DNA of 64,000 nucleotides from Desulfobacterales bacterium (GTDB taxonomy: Bacteria; Desulfobacterota; Desulfobacteria; Desulfobacterales; UBA2174): contig CAXXWC010000002.1 of NCBI GenBank assembly GCA_963668645.2, forward strand, positions 85,024-149,023. The letters are read 5' to 3'. Position 1 is the first letter of the stretch. Each line of letters begins with the position of its first letter. The position numbers and the translations under genes were made by a program. A model generated the notes under the pieces. That model was not told the DNA's origin. It did no database searches and worked only from the letters and a program-made list of their open reading frames with translations. This document shows, in pieces, positions 59,402-64,000 of the stretch.

Positions 59402-61219
59402 ATGACCTCCGACAAGGATTCCCACCCGTCCCGCTTCGTCTACCAGCCCGGGCTCAACCCGGAAATGGACGCCTGGTTCACCGCCTTTTTCATCGAAAAC
59501 CACCTCGATCACCTCTCGTATCCAGACCTGGCCGCCAGTCCGGAACAGATCCGGTTCATGGTCTACACCGAGGCCGATGAACGCTACTATCCATGCTCGG
59601 ACCGGATGTTCAGCGCCATCATGGACCGCACCCAATCGGCTTTTTTGCAAAAAAGCTACAATGCGGTGCTCCAGCGCCTGCTGGCCATAACCGAAACCCA
59701 GATCGAAGACGAGCGTGACCGCGAATTTCTCGACGCGCTGGTCATTACCAAGTTCAAACATGAAACCCGCGATGAAATCATGATCCCTTCGCGGGTGGAA
59801 AAACGCCTGCTCAAGATCTTCATTCGCCGCACCCAGATCGAGGATCCGTTCCACCGGGAAAAAGCCGTCCGCAACCGGCGTGCGGCCGCCGTTCTGGCCA
59901 ATCCGGTATTTCGCAAGGCCCTGGACCATGTCGACCCCAAGGAGATCGCCGCGCCCCTGGACAACCTGAGCACGATCAAACAGATGGCCGATGCCCTGCA
60001 GTTGCGCCGGCTGCTGTGCGCCACGGCCCAGCGCCGGCTCTGGGAAACCGGGAACGGCAACGGACTGGAGACCGCCGAGGTGGTGAACCTGTGCCGCCAG
60101 CCGATCACCGGCTCCGGGGTGGAGGCCTTTTTCGACATGGTCGGGGTGCGCACCGACGGGCAGGCCCCCATGCCCCGGGTGCCACAGAAAATACTCTGGC
60201 TGGCGGATGAAGCAGGTGAAATCGTGATGGATTTTGCCGTCATCCGCCACCTGGCGGCTCTGGGCCACAAGGTGATCTTGGTCTTCAAGGGCGGGCCGCT
60301 TTTTTACCAAGGCGGACATTCTGAGCACCCGCGAGGATCCGGCCCTGCGCAGCGCCATTTCCGGGGCCTTTTTTATCGAGGACGAAAAGGTGAGCAAGAA
60401 CGACCTGGTACGCATGCTGCGCAGCGACTACCCCATCTTTTTGCTCGGCGACGGGACCAGCGAGAGCCTCAACCTGCTTCTGGGTATCCACCACTTTTGC
60501 CCGCTGCTTCAAGGAGGTCAACGCCGTGGTGTCGTCGCGTGGCGCGGATCAAAAGCGGCGCTTGTTCGAGACCCACTTTTGCTTCACCCAGGATCTGTTC
60601 AATATCGCCAACCGGCATCGACGGCGGGCTGGTCATCGACTACAAGCCGCGCCACCCGGCGGTGGTCAAGTTTTCCCACGCCGACCTGGAGGCCAAGGCC
60701 CAGCGCATCATCGACCAGATGGCCGGGGCCAAAAGCCAGGGGATGACGGTGATGTTCTACAGCGGAATCATCGGTTCGATCCCGGGCAGGATCGACGTGG
60801 CCAAACAGATCATGTCGACCTTCATCGGCCACCTGCGCGATCAGAGCGCCCAGACCTTCATCATCAAACCCCAGCGAGTAATTACGAACCGGGGATGGAC
60901 GCCGATGACCTGATGTACATGTGGGAAATCGTCCAGCGCAGCGGCTACATCGATATCTGGCGTTTCCAGAGTTCCGAGGACATCGCCAAGGCCTTCGAGC
61001 TGCTCGAACGCCAGATCCCCCCGGAATGGGTCGGCAAGGACGCCACCTATTCCACCGGATGCACCAAGGAGATGAAGATCGCCCTGGACGTCCAGCGCCA
61101 CAACACCCGAAATGCAGATCATCGGCCCGCCGGCCGAAAAATTCATGCGCCGCGCCGAGTACGGGGTGGGCCGGATGTATGATCGGCGCCTGGGGCCCGG
61201 TACCGCGGCCGAAGTCTGA
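59402..61219 (+). pseudogene. ARMT1/DUF89-like protein, multiply frameshifted (pseudogene or sequence error)
   Basis: WLADEAGEIVMD motif; coding sequence continues across ORFs 59327-60913, 60390-60746 and 60526-61182 in different frames. Confidence 0.65.
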
Positions 61220-61261
61220 GGGCGGATCCCGGCCGGCAGGGCCTTGCCGCCCGGCGCCTGC

Positions 61262-64000
61262 TCATTTCGGATCTGCCGCGGCCCAATCGACCGGAATCCG
61301 GACGGCGTGGCCCCGCCTTGTTGCGGAAAAGCAGGTAGCCGTGGATCCTGCCGAAAAGGAAAAGATCCCGGGTGATGGCCACATCCTTGCGGCAGTAGGC
61401 CACCACCCGGTCGACCAGACCCGCCTTCCACCAGCGCAACGACTGGAGCCCGTCACCGTCTTTTGGCCGCCCCCAGGGTTTCACGGGCCAGGTGGGCCAG
61501 CGAGAGGCGAAATCCGAGGGTTAGCGGTGAACGGTTTCAAGGATGTCCAGGGTACGAAGGTTCCGGCCGCACCACGGGCCGATACCCGTCCAGCACGCGG
61601 TAATCGAAGCGCTTGACGTTGAAGCCCACCACCAGATCGAGGCGTTCGAGATGGTCCATCAGCCGGTTCAGGTTCTCTTCCAGATAGGTGTGGAAGCGGT
61701 CGTCGGCGCTGTCGTAGACCACGGCGCAGGCCACCCCCATGCGCGAGGCCAGATGCCATCCCCCCACCTCTTCGGCGCTGCGCCGGGTCTCGATATCCAA
61801 AACCCCGTAGCGCAGGTCTGGACGGGCCGGGACAGAACCGGCCGCGCGGACCGCCGGTTTTGAAGCAGGGGCCGCTGCCTTGTCATCGCCCCCCCGGGGC
61901 CGGTCCCCGGCGGCGGGGCACGGTCCGGCGGCCGCGGATCCGCCGCCCAGGGCCAGGCATCAGCTCCAGAGCGCCGGACTTGTCCAGAGGGCGGTTGCCC
62001 GAACCGCATTTGGGCGAATGAACGCATCCGGGGCATCCATTGGCGCAGTCGCAGCGCTCCACCTGCTCGGCCGTGGCGGCCAGAAGCCGCTCGAAGCACC
62101 GGAAAGCTTCGCGGCTCAGGCCCGCTCCGCCCGGAATCCCGTCGTAGATGAAAACCGCCGGCTGGCCGAGCTGGGGATGAAAAGTGGTCGAGATGCCGCC
62201 GATGTCGTTGCGGTCCGCCAATGTGACCAGGGGTAAAATACCGATCAGGGCGTGCTCCAGTGCATGCAGGGCGCCCATAAAATGCCGCCCCGGGGAAAGA
62301 GCCTTTTGCATTGCGGCTGGAACGGTAAACCAGAGCCCTTCGGTGTCCAGGTCCTGGGGCGGCAGATCGAGGCTGTAGACCCTGGCCGGACCCCGTGCCG
62401 TACAGGGGGCGCTCCTCATAGCCGGTGACCTGCTCGGTAACGCGCAGTTCGCCGCGCCAAAGACGGGATCCGCCGGCGGTGCGCTCCTCGTACGTGGTTG
62501 AGGATCATCGTTCTCCTTATGGGTCTGCACGCGGGTATAGACGCCGGTTCCCTGACTGGCCGCCACGTGTGGACCCGGCCCTGAACGGTGTCGAGGTTCA
62601 CCACCCGGTAGATGCGCCCCGCATGCAGGTAGACCGCTCCGGGGTGGGTTTCGCGAAAGGCCCGCCATGCATCGATGTCGCCCAGGACCCGGTCATCAGC
62701 ATCGACGATGCGAAACCGCCGGCCGGCGCCCCGCAGGTTGACCAGGCGGTGGGCAAGGCGGTTTCTGGGAAAATAGACCTCGCCGCCCGCTCCGGCCCAC
62801 AACTGCCCCGGCCTCGACCATCTCTTCCAGGGCCCGGCGCGCCCCCTGGCTTTGCAGCAGGATGTCCCGGGACCCCGAGCGGCGCCTCGATGGCGGCGCA
62901 GGCCAGGTTGCGGCCCCACGATCTGGGGATTTTCGACATTGACCACCACCGCTTCGGGCTTCCCGTCGAAAAGCGCCTGGGGATGGCGCAGAAAAGTAGC
63001 GATCCAGGGCGTCTTCGCCCGCCACCACCACCAGGGCCGATTCCCGGCCGCCGCGCCCGACCCGTCCGGCCCGCTGCAAGGTGGCGATCACCGATCCGGG
63101 ATAGCCGACCAGGATGCACAGGTCCAGATCGCCGATATCGATCCCCAGTTCCAGGGCGCTGGTGGTAATCAGGGCCAGCAGGTCGCCCCGGGCCAGCCGC
63201 CCTTCGATGCCGCGCCGCTCATCTGGACGCAGTCCGGCCCGGTAGGCGCCGATACGCGATGCCAGTGCCCCGGCCCCCCGCGCGGCCCAGACGGCCAACA
63301 GTTCGGTGAGTTTGCGCGACTGGCAGTAGACGATGGTGCGCAGGCCGCGGCTTACGGCCTCCCGCAGCAGATGGATCACGCCGCCGACCAGCCCCTCGGG
63401 CGGGTCGGCCAGGACCAGATGGCGCACGGCGCGCGGCGCACCGCTGCGCGTCACGGCCCGCACCGGCACGGCCGCTCAGAGCCTGGCAGAGGCGGCGCGG
63501 ATTGCCCACCGTGGGCGCTGGTAAAGACGAACTGCGGCCTTGCCCCGTACAAATCGCAAACCCGGCGCAGGCGCCGCAGGACCTGTGCCATGTGGGTTCC
63601 GAAGACCCCCCTGAAGCTGTGAACCTCGTCGATCACCACCAGCTCCAAGGCCCGCCAGAAGGCGGCCCATTTATCGTGGTGGGCTAAAAAAGAGAGATGC
63701 AGCATTTCCGGATTGGTCAGCATCAGATTGGGCGGCGCCTCCCGCACCCGGCGCCGCCGCCAGGCACTCAGATCCCCGTCGTAGATAGCAGCGCCGGCTC
63801 CATCCATCCCGCCAGCCGCGGCCAGGCGCTGCCAGGCCGGAGTTGATCCTGGGCCAGGGCCTTGAGCGGATACACCAGCAGCCCGCGGGCCTGGGGGCGC
63901 ACGGCGATCCGCTCGATGAGATCGAGCATGTAGACCAGGGACTTGCCGCTGGCCGTGGCCGTGGCCAGCACCAGGTTCTCTCCCCTTTCGATCACCGCCA
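61262..64000 (-). pseudogene. DEAD/DEAH helicase with DUF1998 (MrfA/Hrq-like) plus C-terminal RNase H-like (YprB/MrfB-like) domain; frameshifted; 5' end outside the window
   Basis: TATASGKS, DEVH, TSALELGIDIG, QRAGRVGR, CDCANGCPGC and DIET...GFNVKRFD spread over several frames. Confidence 0.8.

Overview
GC-rich bacterial chromosomal window. The gene set resembles Desulfobacterota (deltaproteobacteria); this is an inference. It appears to lie at the replication terminus, with a dif-like site at 2702-2729. Layout: (1) 1-19.3 kb holds housekeeping genes (ispA, xseB, xseA, yccA, glmM, a GlmU-like gene, DHH-CBS, ACT+DUF711, Usp, PfpI), an ABC transporter with a DHH phosphoesterase, and a diguanylate cyclase. 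(2) ~19.6-30.5 kb is a decaying accessory island with no integrase or transposase. It contains a 613-bp triplication of a four-helix-bundle gene, DUF2726-zinc-ribbon, Fic/RhuM/helicase remnants, an SRA-like-HNH nuclease, ORF6N and a second four-helix-bundle gene. Both four-helix-bundle types are bracketed by complementary 8- or 9-mer repeat tracts, and four copies of a fixed-spacing ~95-bp site lie at gene junctions. (3) 30.5-46.8 kb is an anaerobic cobalamin cluster with a divergent, cobalamin-riboswitch-led operon (Zn-dehydrogenase, non-canonical TrpD-like PRTase, CobT) that is a candidate undescribed lower-ligand pathway. (4) 47-64 kb holds maf, yggS, queH, M48 peptidase, GAF-GspE, paaK, livF, aat, glycosyltransferase-HAD-ARMT1-like genes and a DUF1998 helicase-exonuclease. 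The last ~3.7 kb is heavily frameshifted, probably through sequence error. All calls are by-eye motif recognition; no database searches were run.
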